A DNA stretch of 64,000 bases, from the IMG/VR virus record IMGVR_UViG_3300004369_000012, positions 5,164 to 69,163 of that record. The stretch is one strand, 5' to 3'. The DNA comes from a virus. This document shows positions 31,545-41,684 of the stretch, piece after piece. The notes under the pieces are model-generated. The model saw only the letters and a list, made by a program, of their open reading frames with translations, made no database searches and was not told the origin of the DNA. A program made the translations under genes and the position numbers. The stretch's first letter is position 1. Each line of letters begins with the position of its first letter.

Positions 31545-32606
31545 ATGTTAGGTAATTATTTCTACTATGAAATTGTAAGGAAAACCGTTATTGGTTTCGG
31601 TTCCTTGTTTAATAATATTGAAGTTCGCCACAAAGCGGACAATACCGACCAGCTTTTGAGTAGGATTAAAGTTCCTATCGCATATGGTCCTATTCAAAAA
31701 TTTCTAGCACGAATTGATCAGCAACCAAATTTAACTGATGGTAGAGCAATTGCACTAACTCTGCCACGACTTGCTTTTGATATTATTAGTTATCAATATG
31801 ATCCTTCAAGAAAAGCAAGTCCAATCACATCTTTTTGTGCAACAGACTCCGATGATAGTAATAAAATCAAGAAAGTTTTCTTGCCAGTACCATACAATAT
31901 TTCCTTTAGACTGAGTTTTGCAACTAAGTTGCAAGATGATGCTCTACAGATTCTTGAGCAGATTCTACCATACTTTCAACCATCCTACACGATGACCATC
32001 AACTTGATGAGTTCTATCGGACAAAAGAGAGATATTCCCGTTACACTAAACAATATTGACTTTCAAGATCAGTACGAAGGTGACTTTAGTACTAGAAGAT
32101 TTATCCAATATGATTTGACTTTTACTGCCAAAACATATTTCTACACTGAACTACCCACTGATGAATCTGGTGGTCTTATTAAGAAAGTTCAAATTGATTA
32201 TCGCACCACCACACACGTTCCTGCACCAAGGGAAGTTCGTTACATCGCAGAACCTTTGGCAACAAAGGATTACAACGATGATGCTACAACAACAGTTGCC
32301 GAAGAGTTTACTGTTAAGAAGACTGCACTCAAGGTCGTAGACGCTGCAAATATTGCTGAACAATCTTATATTCAAGTTGATGAAGAGGTTATGTATGTCA
32401 AGTCTAAGTCTGGTAATACACTAACTGTTAATAGGGGCGTTTATGATAGTCCAATTCAACCACACTATGAAAACGCTGTTGTTAATCTCGTCAATAATGC
32501 TGATGCGGCGTTGATTGAACTTGGTGATGACTTTGGTTTCAGCGAAAGTACCACACTGTTCAATGATGGTAGATCCTATAGTGCTTCACAAGGGAGTGAT
32601 GTATGA
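31545..32606 (+). CDS. g15: Tail sheath stabiliser / completion protein gp15
   Basis: YFYYEIVRKTVIGFGSLFNNI, KVPIAYGP.QKFLAR, QILEQILPYFQP. Confidence 0.93.
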   Translation: MLGNYFYYEIVRKTVIGFGSLFNNIEVRHKADNTDQLLSRIKVPIAYGPIQKFLARIDQQPNLTDGRAIALTLPRLAFDIISYQYDPSRKASPITSFCATDSDDSNKIKKVFLPVPYNISFRLSFATKLQDDALQILEQILPYFQPSYTMTINLMSSIGQKRDIPVTLNNIDFQDQYEGDFSTRRFIQYDLTFTAKTYFYTELPTDESGGLIKKVQIDYRTTTHVPAPREVRYIAEPLATKDYNDDATTTVAEEFTVKKTALKVVDAANIAEQSYIQVDEEVMYVKSKSGNTLTVNRGVYDSPIQPHYENAVVNLVNNADAALIELGDDFGFSESTTLFNDGRSYSASQGSDV

Positions 32607-33022
32607 GTGAAAAGTATGATGCAATCAACAAAGCATTAGATATTGATGCTGAGATTGTAGAGACCAAAAAAGAGGTGGTCAAAAAAGTCGAACGTCCTGA
32701 TGATCCCCAAAAGGACTATGAGTATAGTAGAGGACAATTGTATAACTTGATTGAAAAAGGTCAAGAAGCACTTAGTGGAATCATTGAGTTAGCACAGGAA
32801 ACTGAATCTCCCAGAGCATTTGAAGTTGCTGGTCAACTTGTTAAGTCTGTTGGTGATGTAACTGATAAGTTACTAGACCTTCAAAAGAAAATGAAAGACC
32901 TTGATGCACCCACTAAAAACGGTCCTCAGACTGTTAATAATGCTTTGTTTGTAGGTAGTACAAAAGAATTACAAAAACTATTAAAGCAAGGTGTTCTAAA
33001 TAATACTACGGATACTGAGTAA
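32603..33022 (+). CDS. g16: Terminase small subunit gp16
   Basis: DYEYSRGQLYNLIEKGQEA, PRAFEVAGQL, NNALFVGSTKELQKLLK. Confidence 0.92.
   Translation: MSEKYDAINKALDIDAEIVETKKEVVKKVERPDDPQKDYEYSRGQLYNLIEKGQEALSGIIELAQETESPRAFEVAGQLVKSVGDVTDKLLDLQKKMKDLDAPTKNGPQTVNNALFVGSTKELQKLLKQGVLNNTTDTE
32997..33002 (+). promoter_or_regulatory. Late promoter (CTAAATA) inside the end of g16, serving ORF 33025
   Basis: TAAATA about 22 nt before the ATG at 33025. Confidence 0.55.
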
Positions 33023-33024
33023 CC

Positions 33025-34953
33025 ATGAAGGATAAGGATCACGAAGTGTCGATGGCCAAGACACAGGTGAAAAAATCTATTGCTAATCTTCAGAAAGTTG
33101 CAAGGGTACTTGCATCAAAAACTGATGATGACAATCTTCCTGCGTGGTTACAAGCAAAGTTGACCGACACTGAGCATAATAGTAGTGCTGCCGCCGATTA
33201 TATGGGCGAAGGTAAAAAGGTGTGCGGTAAAGGTCAGTATTGGTGTAAAAAAGACGAGAAGTGCAAAAAAATCCCTGCAGGTATGCATGTCATGCCTAAT
33301 GGAGACCTAATGTCAGATTCTGAGCATAGTGATGTCAGTGAAGCGAACAAAAGTGGTGATAGTTCTTTGCGTGACTGGTTTACTAAGAGTCGCTCTTCTG
33401 ATGGGAAGCCTGGTTGGGTTCAACTGGGCGGTAAATACGCAGGAAAGCCCTGTGCAAAACAACCAGGACAAAAAACAAAACCAAAGTGCGGTTCCTCAAA
33501 AATGGCAGCAAACCTAGATCCAGATGAGGAAGAAGCAGCGTTTGAACGTAAACAAAGAAAAGACAAAAATCCAGATCGTAAAGGACAGGCAATTAACGTG
33601 AAGACCGAAGAAAGAAAACCTGAAGTTGAAGCACAGGGTAGGAAAGTTGCTGGTTACGAAAAGGAAGGTAAGTATAAGGGAATCACTGATAAGTTCCGCA
33701 GGGAAAATCCTGGTTCACGCCAATCCAAGAAGGATCGTGGTGCAAAACCTTCCGAAGGTGAACGTCAAGCAGCACAAAGATCGACAATGAATAGACTTCA
33801 GGCAAAGTATGGTAGAACTACCAAACAGAAGCGTGAAGCTGAAATCATGGCAAAGCACACTTCTACACGTGATCATTTTGAACCTCAGGGTGAACAGATT
33901 GATGAACTTGCTCCACTAGCAGGTCTTGCTATTAGGGCAGGTCTTGCTGCTGGTACTGCGCTTGCAGGTAAAGCAGTCTATGATAAGGCAAAGGGTGTTG
34001 CTAATAAAATTAAAGATCAAAATCAGCAAAAATCTGATGCCATTAAAAATATTCTAAGAAACTCTTATGATGCTAGTGGCGAAGTAGTTACTGAAGCAGG
34101 CAAGAAGTGCTGGAAGGGTTATAAGAAAGTTGGCACACAAAAACTTTTTGGTAAGACTTATAATCGCTGCGAAAAAGAAAATTATAATTACTCCAACTGG
34201 AGAGATGATTTTGAACCAACCGTAATTCAATCAGTTGATCTGATTAAAGCAGAACCTCTGGTTAGTGAGGAGGAGAAAAAGAAGAAGGATGCTTGCTATC
34301 ACAAAGTCAAGTCTCGTTACTCTATTTGGCCCTCTGCTTATGCATCGGGTGCTCTAGTTAAGTGTCGCAAGGTTGGTGCTAAGAACTGGGGCAATTCTAA
34401 ACAAGAAGAGTACGTAGCAGAAGTAGCACCAAAGGGTGATAAGTATGAAAGAATGATCAAGTATATCAAAAGAAATTATGCTAAAGATGGCAAACTAACT
34501 GATCGTGAGCGTTCTATTGCATATGCTACTGCATGGAAGCAGAAGGGTAGAGAGGAGCAAATTGCACCCAAAGGAGTTCCTGCTATTAGAGGTATTAGTG
34601 GTAAAAAACTTATGTCTGCACCTTTAGATCTTCGCACTCCCGCTGAAAAAATGCAGAGTGTAAAAGATCAAGCAAGAAGGAGGTTTGGAGAAGGTGTACA
34701 AGAAGCATCAGCAGCATGGACCAGAAAGGCAGGAAAGGATCCCAGCGGAGGACTTAACGAGAAGGGTAGAAAGTCCTATGAGGATGAGAATCCAGGAAGC
34801 GATCTTAAGAGACCTTCAAAGAAAGTTGGGAACAAGCGTAGAGCGTCTTTTTGTGCGCGAATGAGGGGCATGAAAATTCAACTAACTAGTAAGAAGACTG
34901 CTAATGATCCTAATAGCAGGATCAACAAATCACTAAGAGCCTGGAACTGTTAA
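33025..34953 (+). CDS. Basic multi-module hypothetical protein (642 aa); candidate gp21-processed internal head polyprotein
   Basis: Lys-rich Cys/Trp-containing mini-modules separated by acidic linkers; C-terminal GGLN.KGR...RRASFCARM..WNC module (DUF6321-like). Confidence 0.7.
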   Translation: MKDKDHEVSMAKTQVKKSIANLQKVARVLASKTDDDNLPAWLQAKLTDTEHNSSAAADYMGEGKKVCGKGQYWCKKDEKCKKIPAGMHVMPNGDLMSDSEHSDVSEANKSGDSSLRDWFTKSRSSDGKPGWVQLGGKYAGKPCAKQPGQKTKPKCGSSKMAANLDPDEEEAAFERKQRKDKNPDRKGQAINVKTEERKPEVEAQGRKVAGYEKEGKYKGITDKFRRENPGSRQSKKDRGAKPSEGERQAAQRSTMNRLQAKYGRTTKQKREAEIMAKHTSTRDHFEPQGEQIDELAPLAGLAIRAGLAAGTALAGKAVYDKAKGVANKIKDQNQQKSDAIKNILRNSYDASGEVVTEAGKKCWKGYKKVGTQKLFGKTYNRCEKENYNYSNWRDDFEPTVIQSVDLIKAEPLVSEEEKKKKDACYHKVKSRYSIWPSAYASGALVKCRKVGAKNWGNSKQEEYVAEVAPKGDKYERMIKYIKRNYAKDGKLTDRERSIAYATAWKQKGREEQIAPKGVPAIRGISGKKLMSAPLDLRTPAEKMQSVKDQARRRFGEGVQEASAAWTRKAGKDPSGGLNEKGRKSYEDENPGSDLKRPSKKVGNKRRASFCARMRGMKIQLTSKKTANDPNSRINKSLRAWNC

Positions 34954-34960
34954 TTAAATT

Positions 34961-36676
34961 ATGTCTGATAATGTATACCTTGGCAACCCGAATCTAAAAA
35001 AAGCAAATACTGCGATTGAATTTACACAAGAGCAAATTATTGAGTTTATCAAGTGTAAAGAAGATCCTGTCTATTTTGCAAAAAACTATATTCAAATCGT
35101 CTCTCTGGATGCGGGTCTTGTACCTTTTGAAATGTATAAGTTCCAAGAGAAACTTATTAAAAGATTCCACAACAATCGATTTAATATCTGTAAAATGCCA
35201 CGACAGACTGGTAAGTCTACCACATGCGTGTCATATTTGCTACACTATGCAATTTTTAATGACAACGTAAATATTGCTATTCTAGCAAACAAAGCATCCA
35301 CTGCAAGAGACCTGCTTGGAAGGTTACAACTTGCTTACGAGAACTTGCCAAAATGGATGCAACAAGGTATCCTAGTATGGAATAAAGGTAGTGTCGAACT
35401 CGAAAATGGATCAAAGATTCTTGCAGCGTCTACATCTGCATCTGCTGTCCGAGGCGGATCCTATAATATCATCTTTCTTGACGAGTTCGCCTTTATCCCG
35501 AATCACATTGCTGACTCGTTTTTTGCCTCTGTTTATCCTACTATCTCTTCTGGTAAAAGCACAAAGGTCATCATAGTCTCAACGCCTCATGGCATGAACC
35601 ACTTCTACAGGATGTGGCACAATGCTGAGCGGGGCAAAAATGAGTATGTACCTACAGAGGTACATTGGTCAGAAGTACCTGGTAGAAATAAAAAGTGGAA
35701 AGAGCAAACCATTGCCAACACTAGCGAAGAACAGTTCAAAGTTGAGTTTGAATGTGAATTCCTAGGGTCTGTTGATACTCTAATTAGCAGTAGTAAACTT
35801 AAGACATTAGTTTTTGAAGAACCTGTTCGTAGAAACAAGGGTATGGATATTTTTGTCCCTCCCGCACCAGAAAATAATTATCTGATCACCGCTGACGTTG
35901 CAAGAGGTATCGGTAAAGACTATTCTGCATTTATCGTATTTGATATTACTCAATTTCCATATAAAGTTGTAGCAAAGTATAGAAATAATGAAATAAAACC
36001 GATGCTATTCCCATCGGTCATCCAAGAAATTGCCGTGGCATATAACAACGCCTATGTACTATGCGAAGTCAATGATATTGGTGACCAGGTTGCTAGTATT
36101 CTACACTTTGATTTGGAATATGACAACATTCTGATGTGTGCGATGCGTGGTCGTGCTGGTCAGATTGTTGGTTCTGGGTTCTCAGGTAAGAAATCTCAAC
36201 TTGGTGTCCGAATGACATCGGCAGTTAAAAAGTTGGGGTGTTCTAACCTAAAAACTTTAGTTGAGGATGATAAGTTATTGGTTTGTGACTATGACATCAT
36301 TAGCGAACTAACAACTTTTATTCAAAGGAAGCAATCCTTTGAGGCAGAAGAGGGGTGTAATGATGACTTGGCAATGTGCCTTGTCATATTCTCTTGGTTG
36401 GTTGCACAAGATTACTTCAAAGAAATGACGGACAATGATGTTCGTAAAAGAATTTATGAAGAGCAAAAGAATCAAATCGAACAAGATATGGCACCATTTG
36501 GATTTGTTTCAGATGGTTTGAGTGATATTGAAGGTGAAGTTGATTCTGTAGGTGACGTGTGGGTAATTGCTGATAAAAAGCAACGAGATTCTTGGTATGG
36601 CGAACCATCAATGCCAGATGGTGGATGGAATGTTGATGAATATGGTGATAGATCATTTATGTGGGATTATAGATGA
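34961..36676 (+). CDS. g17: Terminase large subunit gp17
   Basis: YLGNPNLKKAN, Walker A RQTGKST, Walker B IIFLDEFAF, nuclease TADVARG..DYSAF, NDDLAM. Confidence 0.97.
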   Translation: MSDNVYLGNPNLKKANTAIEFTQEQIIEFIKCKEDPVYFAKNYIQIVSLDAGLVPFEMYKFQEKLIKRFHNNRFNICKMPRQTGKSTTCVSYLLHYAIFNDNVNIAILANKASTARDLLGRLQLAYENLPKWMQQGILVWNKGSVELENGSKILAASTSASAVRGGSYNIIFLDEFAFIPNHIADSFFASVYPTISSGKSTKVIIVSTPHGMNHFYRMWHNAERGKNEYVPTEVHWSEVPGRNKKWKEQTIANTSEEQFKVEFECEFLGSVDTLISSSKLKTLVFEEPVRRNKGMDIFVPPAPENNYLITADVARGIGKDYSAFIVFDITQFPYKVVAKYRNNEIKPMLFPSVIQEIAVAYNNAYVLCEVNDIGDQVASILHFDLEYDNILMCAMRGRAGQIVGSGFSGKKSQLGVRMTSAVKKLGCSNLKTLVEDDKLLVCDYDIISELTTFIQRKQSFEAEEGCNDDLAMCLVIFSWLVAQDYFKEMTDNDVRKRIYEEQKNQIEQDMAPFGFVSDGLSDIEGEVDSVGDVWVIADKKQRDSWYGEPSMPDGGWNVDEYGDRSFMWDYR

Positions 36677-36888
36677 TGGAAGAAGATTTTCAATTTGATA
36701 GTCTATTTCTATCAGAAAGAAAATGTAAAACTTGTGGTTTAGTAAAGGACCTAATGAGTGAATTCTATGCCACTCATAGGCACAGTTCTAATGCATACTC
36801 ATCTGAATGTAAACAGTGTGCTATTAAAAGAGCATCAAAAAATAGAAAAAAACGCATAAGAAATATTTCTGACTATCCAGACTGGTAA
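36673..36888 (+). CDS. Small zinc-ribbon protein (CxxC...CxxC, 71 aa)
   Basis: RKCKTCG.VK....FY...YSSECKQC, ending YPDW; overlaps the g17 stop. Confidence 0.7.
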   Translation: MMEEDFQFDSLFLSERKCKTCGLVKDLMSEFYATHRHSSNAYSSECKQCAIKRASKNRKKRIRNISDYPDW

Positions 36889-36926
36889 ATGTTTTCCCGT
36901 GATTTCCCTCTGAAGCACTCGTAATT

Positions 36927-36934
36927 TATAAATA
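36927..36934 (+). promoter_or_regulatory. Late promoter TATAAATA for g18
   Basis: Full T4 late consensus upstream of an AGGAG RBS. Confidence 0.8.
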
Positions 36935-36970
36935 TTTCTAGATTACATGAGTACCTATAGAGGAGTCCAA

Positions 36971-39130
36971 ATGGCGCTTGGATTAGCATCCCCAGGGATT
37001 AAAGTAAGAGAGGTTGATCTTACTAGAGGTGGTATCAATGCGGGGACTAACGTCACTGCAGGTATTAGCGCACCATATCAGAAAGGACCTGTAGAGGAAA
37101 TTACTAGAGTTACTTCGGAAGCAGAACTTGTAGATAATTTCGGTAAACCAGGTCTAGGAACTACCGATTACCATTATGAATCGTGGTATGCAGGTTCTAA
37201 TTTCCTGTCTTATGGTGGTCAACTAGATGTTGTTCGTTGTGATGGTGCAAACCTGAAGAACGCTAACGCTGGTGTTGGTATTGCATCGACTACAACCCTC
37301 AAGATTAAGAACTATTCTGATTATCAGAATACTCACAGCAACGCTACAAATTTCTACTGGGCGGCAAAGAACCCAGGATCTTGGGCAAACGATCTCAGAG
37401 TTGCAGTTATTGATAACTTTGCTGATCAGGAACTAACTGTTGTTGATAGCACAAACCTAAGAGTTGGTTATGGTGTTTCTCAAGAACTTTCTGGAGTAAC
37501 AATTGGTATTGGTACTACAGCAGCAGCAACTGGATTCCTAGATGGTATTATTTCTGGTATTTCTTCTACCAAGATTTATGTCAAGGTTCTAAGAACATTG
37601 GTTGGTATAAGCAGAACCGATGTTACTTATCAAGAAAACGGTTTGCACGCATTTAAAGTTGGCGTCACTTCCTTCTTCGATAATAGTTCTGCACTAGTCT
37701 CTGGTGTTGGTACAGTCACAGCAATTTCTGATTGGTATAACAATCAGAATGTTACAACTTCTGTTGCCGAAGGTGGTGATGATGCAACCACAATTAAGTG
37801 GAGAGCAGTTCTACCCAAACCACAATCCAATGCATATGTAACTGATCGTGGTGGCAGAAATGATGCTCTAAACATCGCTATCATTGATAACTCTGGTTCT
37901 GTATCTGGTCAACCTGGTACTATTCTAGAGACCTTTGGTAACCTATCTAAGGCAGAAGACGCTAAAGTTTCTGCTGCTGAGAATGTTTACTATAAGGATA
38001 TTCTCGCAGATAACTCTCAATATATCTACGCTGGTACATCTCCTGCGGTTTGGGATAGTTATCATGGCACTGAGGCGGTTCCTGGTGGTTTCAATACTGG
38101 TTTTAGTACTTCCACCTCTGGTTCCTGGGGTCAAGATTCTCCCCGCATCTTTGATTCTGTTGGTAACCAAACCTACACCTTGATGTATGGTAAAGATTAC
38201 AGCGGCACCAACAACGAAGGTCAGTATAAAGCAGAACTTGGCAACCTAATTAATGGTTATGCCATGTTTGAAGATCCTAATGAGTCTGACATTAGATTCC
38301 TTCTACAAGGTGGCGGTTCTCTATCTAAGGAAGAGGAGCAAGCAAAAGCACAAAAACTGATCAACATTGCTGAGAACAGAAAGGACTGTGTTGCATTTAT
38401 CTCCCCCAGCAGAGATGCTCTGGTTGGTAAGACTCTTGCACAGCAATTGACTAACACACTTTCTTTCCATGCTCCACTAGCATCTTCCTCTTATGCAGTT
38501 CTAGATTCTGGTTATCAGTACGTCTATGATCGCTGGAATAAGCAGTTTATCTACATGCCAACCAGTAATGATGTTGCTGGTCTCTGCGTAAGAACTGACC
38601 TCAACCAGTTCCCCTGGTTCTCTCCTGCTGGTACTGCTAGAGGTACGCTTCTTAACACAATCAAACTGGCATACAACCCCAGTCAGGCAGATAGAGATAG
38701 ACTCTATTCTAACAGAATTAATGCTATCACTGCGGTTCCTGGTTCTGGTATTGTATTGTTTGGTGACAAGACTGCACTTGCATATCAGTCCGCATTTGAC
38801 AGAATCAACGTTCGCCGCCTGTTCATTACGATCGAGAAGGCAATCGAGTCTGCTGGTCGCGATCAACTCTTTGAATTCAACGATGCTGGCACAAGAGCAA
38901 ACTTTGTAAATATCGTTGAACCTTACCTCCGTGATGTTCAAGCAAAGAGAGGCATTACAGATTTCCGACTGATCTGTGATGAGTCTAATAATACCCCCGA
39001 TGTTATCGACAGAAATGAGTTTGTCGCAGACATCTATGTGAAACCTGCACGTTCGATCAACTTCGTTGGTCTGACATTTGTTGCTACGAGAACTGGGGTC
39101 TCGTTTGAAGAAGTAATCGGCAACGTTTGA
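36971..39130 (+). CDS. g18: Tail sheath protein gp18
   Basis: LASPGIKVREVDLT, PWFSPAG..RG, AFDRINVRRLF, KPARSINF; start placed at 36971 because of the AGGAG RBS. Confidence 0.96.
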   Translation: MALGLASPGIKVREVDLTRGGINAGTNVTAGISAPYQKGPVEEITRVTSEAELVDNFGKPGLGTTDYHYESWYAGSNFLSYGGQLDVVRCDGANLKNANAGVGIASTTTLKIKNYSDYQNTHSNATNFYWAAKNPGSWANDLRVAVIDNFADQELTVVDSTNLRVGYGVSQELSGVTIGIGTTAAATGFLDGIISGISSTKIYVKVLRTLVGISRTDVTYQENGLHAFKVGVTSFFDNSSALVSGVGTVTAISDWYNNQNVTTSVAEGGDDATTIKWRAVLPKPQSNAYVTDRGGRNDALNIAIIDNSGSVSGQPGTILETFGNLSKAEDAKVSAAENVYYKDILADNSQYIYAGTSPAVWDSYHGTEAVPGGFNTGFSTSTSGSWGQDSPRIFDSVGNQTYTLMYGKDYSGTNNEGQYKAELGNLINGYAMFEDPNESDIRFLLQGGGSLSKEEEQAKAQKLINIAENRKDCVAFISPSRDALVGKTLAQQLTNTLSFHAPLASSSYAVLDSGYQYVYDRWNKQFIYMPTSNDVAGLCVRTDLNQFPWFSPAGTARGTLLNTIKLAYNPSQADRDRLYSNRINAITAVPGSGIVLFGDKTALAYQSAFDRINVRRLFITIEKAIESAGRDQLFEFNDAGTRANFVNIVEPYLRDVQAKRGITDFRLICDESNNTPDVIDRNEFVADIYVKPARSINFVGLTFVATRTGVSFEEVIGNV

Positions 39131-39150
39131 TCTAAGGAGGAACCCAACTA

Positions 39151-39774
39151 ATGGCACTACAAAACACGCAACAAATTTTAAGCAGCGCAAGAACTATTGA
39201 TTCCTTCAAGAACAGGTTGACTCAGGGCGGCGCTCGCCCCAACCTGTTCGAGGTTGAACTCAATTTCCCTGCGGCAATTCCTGGTCTTGACGAGATCAAG
39301 AAAGATACTTCTTATAGAATGATGATTAAGGCAGCACAGTTGCCTGCATCTAACCTGGTTAGCATCCCCGTTGCTTTCCGTGGTCGTCAGTTGAAAGTTT
39401 CTGGTGACAGAACTTTTGATCCCTGGCAGATTCAAGTCGTCAACGATGGTGACTTCAAAATTCGTGAAGCATTTGAAAAGTGGGCAAACTACATTGTTAA
39501 AGTTTCTGATGGTTCGGGTACTGTAAACCCCGCTGACTATCAGGTTGACTGGGTTGTTCATCAATTGGGTAGAGCACCCTTTACTGATGATGCAGTAAAT
39601 AATAATGAAATCCCCAAACTGAGATCTTATAAATTCTCTGGTTGCTGGCCTTCCACCGTTGGTGCTATTGATCTAAGTTATGAAAGTGTTGATACAATTG
39701 AAGAATTCCCTGTAACTCTAGAAGTTCAATATTGGGAAGCATTCAATGCAAATCAGCAGGATTCTGTGGTCTGA
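39151..39774 (+). CDS. g19: Tail tube protein gp19
   Basis: GGARPNLFEV, FRGRQLKVSGDRTFDPW, IEEFPVTLEVQYW; AAGGAGG RBS. Confidence 0.95.
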   Translation: MALQNTQQILSSARTIDSFKNRLTQGGARPNLFEVELNFPAAIPGLDEIKKDTSYRMMIKAAQLPASNLVSIPVAFRGRQLKVSGDRTFDPWQIQVVNDGDFKIREAFEKWANYIVKVSDGSGTVNPADYQVDWVVHQLGRAPFTDDAVNNNEIPKLRSYKFSGCWPSTVGAIDLSYESVDTIEEFPVTLEVQYWEAFNANQQDSVV

Positions 39775-39780
39775 TAAATA
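39775..39780 (+). promoter_or_regulatory. Late promoter (ATAAATA) for g20
   Basis: Directly after the g19 stop. Confidence 0.65.
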
Positions 39781-39812
39781 GATCATAAGCAAACATCAGA
39801 GTCCATTAGACT

Positions 39813-41471
39813 ATGGCAAAACTATTTGGTTTTGATATTGAAGACGATAGCAGTCTACCTAAATCTGCAGTGTCCCCCGTTCCTCAGAATAATGAGGACG
39901 GGGTTGACTATTATCTAAGTAGCGGATTTTTTGGTCAGTACGTTGATATTGAAGGCGTATACAAAAACGAGTTTGATCTAATTAGAAAATATAGGGACAT
40001 GGCGTTGCACCCTGAGTGCGACACCGCGATCGAAAATGTTGTTAACGAAGCGATCGTTTCGGATCTTAATGATTCTCCTGTTGATATTGATCTTGAAAAT
40101 CTAAACGCCAGTGATAACCTAAAAAGTGTTATCCGTAAAGAATTCAAGTACATTAAAGATCTTCTTCAATTCGACAAAAAATCACACGAAATTTTTCGCA
40201 ATTGGTATATTGACGGAAGAGTATATTACCACAAGGTTATTGATCTCAAGAAACCTGATGAAGGAATTCAGGATCTGAGATATATTGATCCCATGAAAAT
40301 TAAATTCATGAGGGTCAAACCAAATAATAAGGACAAGTTCCAGACTGCACCAGTTAATGGTGCTAATGGGCAAGCAAATCCTGTTGTTGATGCAGACATT
40401 CAGGAATATTTTGTTTACTACCCTCAAGGTTCTGTTCAGAAGTATTCTTCTCAGTCGAAGGGTATCCCCATTGCTAAAGATGCAATTACCCATGTTACTT
40501 CTGGTCTTGTAGATAGAAACAAGTTTCTAACTTTATCATATCTGCACAAAGCGATCAAGTCTCTCAATCAACTCCGCATGATTGAAGACTCCTTGGTTAT
40601 CTACAGATTGTCTCGTGCTCCTGAGCGTAGAATTTTCTACATCGACGTTGGTAATCTACCTAAAGTCAAAGCGGAGCAATACCTCCGCGATGTCATGAAT
40701 CGTTATAGAAATAAACTAGTCTATAACGCAGATACTGGTGAGATTAAGGATGATAAAAAGTTCATGTCTATGCTGGAAGACTTCTGGCTTCCTAGACGTG
40801 AAGGTGGTCGTGGTACGGAAATCTCCACGCTACCTGGTGGTCAGAACCTTGGTGAACTGACTGACGTTGATTATTTCCAAAAGAAACTCTATAGATCTCT
40901 GAATATTCCCGACACCAGAGTCGGTGGTAATGATGGATTTAACCTGGGTCGTTCCAGTGAAATTCTACGTGATGAACTAATGTTCAGTAAGTTCGTTGGT
41001 CGTCTCCGCAAGAGATTCAGTATGATCTTCCTAGATATGCTGAAAACTCAACTCATTCTGAAAAACATCTGCACTCCCCAAGACTGGGAGAAGATGGCAG
41101 AACATATTCAGTTTGATTATCTATATGATAATCACTTTGCCGAATTGAAAGAAACTGAGTTGATGACTGAAAGATTGAACCTTATGGTTGCAATCGAACC
41201 TTATATCGGTACTTATTATTCCAGAGATTACGTTAAGCGTAAAGTTCTCCGTCAAACCGATCAAGAGATCGTTGATATGGAGAAGGAAATGGAAGATGAG
41301 AATGAGCAAGGTATCGGTGTCCCTCTTGAAACTCAAAATCAAATTATGCAAGGTCGCATGAATAATTTGGGTAACGATCAAAAGGAACCTGATCTAGAAT
41401 CTCAGGGCAGAAGAGCAGATGCGGAAGATGATAGAAAAACTTCTGTAGACATCAAGAAAGCGAAGATATAA
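39813..41471 (+). CDS. g20: Portal protein gp20
   Basis: MAKLFGF, RAPERRIFYIDVGNLPK, EDFWLPRREGGRGTEISTLPGGQNLG. Confidence 0.97.
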   Translation: MAKLFGFDIEDDSSLPKSAVSPVPQNNEDGVDYYLSSGFFGQYVDIEGVYKNEFDLIRKYRDMALHPECDTAIENVVNEAIVSDLNDSPVDIDLENLNASDNLKSVIRKEFKYIKDLLQFDKKSHEIFRNWYIDGRVYYHKVIDLKKPDEGIQDLRYIDPMKIKFMRVKPNNKDKFQTAPVNGANGQANPVVDADIQEYFVYYPQGSVQKYSSQSKGIPIAKDAITHVTSGLVDRNKFLTLSYLHKAIKSLNQLRMIEDSLVIYRLSRAPERRIFYIDVGNLPKVKAEQYLRDVMNRYRNKLVYNADTGEIKDDKKFMSMLEDFWLPRREGGRGTEISTLPGGQNLGELTDVDYFQKKLYRSLNIPDTRVGGNDGFNLGRSSEILRDELMFSKFVGRLRKRFSMIFLDMLKTQLILKNICTPQDWEKMAEHIQFDYLYDNHFAELKETELMTERLNLMVAIEPYIGTYYSRDYVKRKVLRQTDQEIVDMEKEMEDENEQGIGVPLETQNQIMQGRMNNLGNDQKEPDLESQGRRADAEDDRKTSVDIKKAKI

Positions 41472-41482
41472 ATAAATAAATA
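41467..41482 (+). promoter_or_regulatory. Late promoter, overlapping tandem TATAAATAAATAAATA
   Basis: Three overlapping TAAATA at the g20 stop. Confidence 0.7.
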
Positions 41483-41504
41483 CAGGAAAATTGGAGTTTT
41501 TTTA

Positions 41505-41684
41505 ATGGAATCTACCGTTGATTTGGTTAATATGATGCTGGGCGATGCTTCATCTTCTGAAGTTTCCGACAAAATTAAAGAAATTTTGTACAGCAAATCA
41601 TCTGAAAAATTGGATAATGCGAAACCTCATATTGCTAATGCAATGTTTGGTAATGAAGTTCCCAATGAGACCGAAGAAGAATGA
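41505..41684 (+). CDS. Small acidic protein, probable prohead core protein gp67-like (59 aa; not in ORF track)
   Basis: MESTVDLVNMMLGDASSSEVSDKIKEILYSKSSEKLDNAKPHIANAMFGNEVPNETEEE; GGAG RBS, late promoter, position after g20. Confidence 0.7.
   Translation: MESTVDLVNMMLGDASSSEVSDKIKEILYSKSSEKLDNAKPHIANAMFGNEVPNETEEE

Noticed and set aside
38501-39190. 229-aa minus-strand ORF and the many other minus-strand ORFs in the track
   Set aside because: Antisense shadows of well-supported + strand genes; no motifs, RBS or promoter context.
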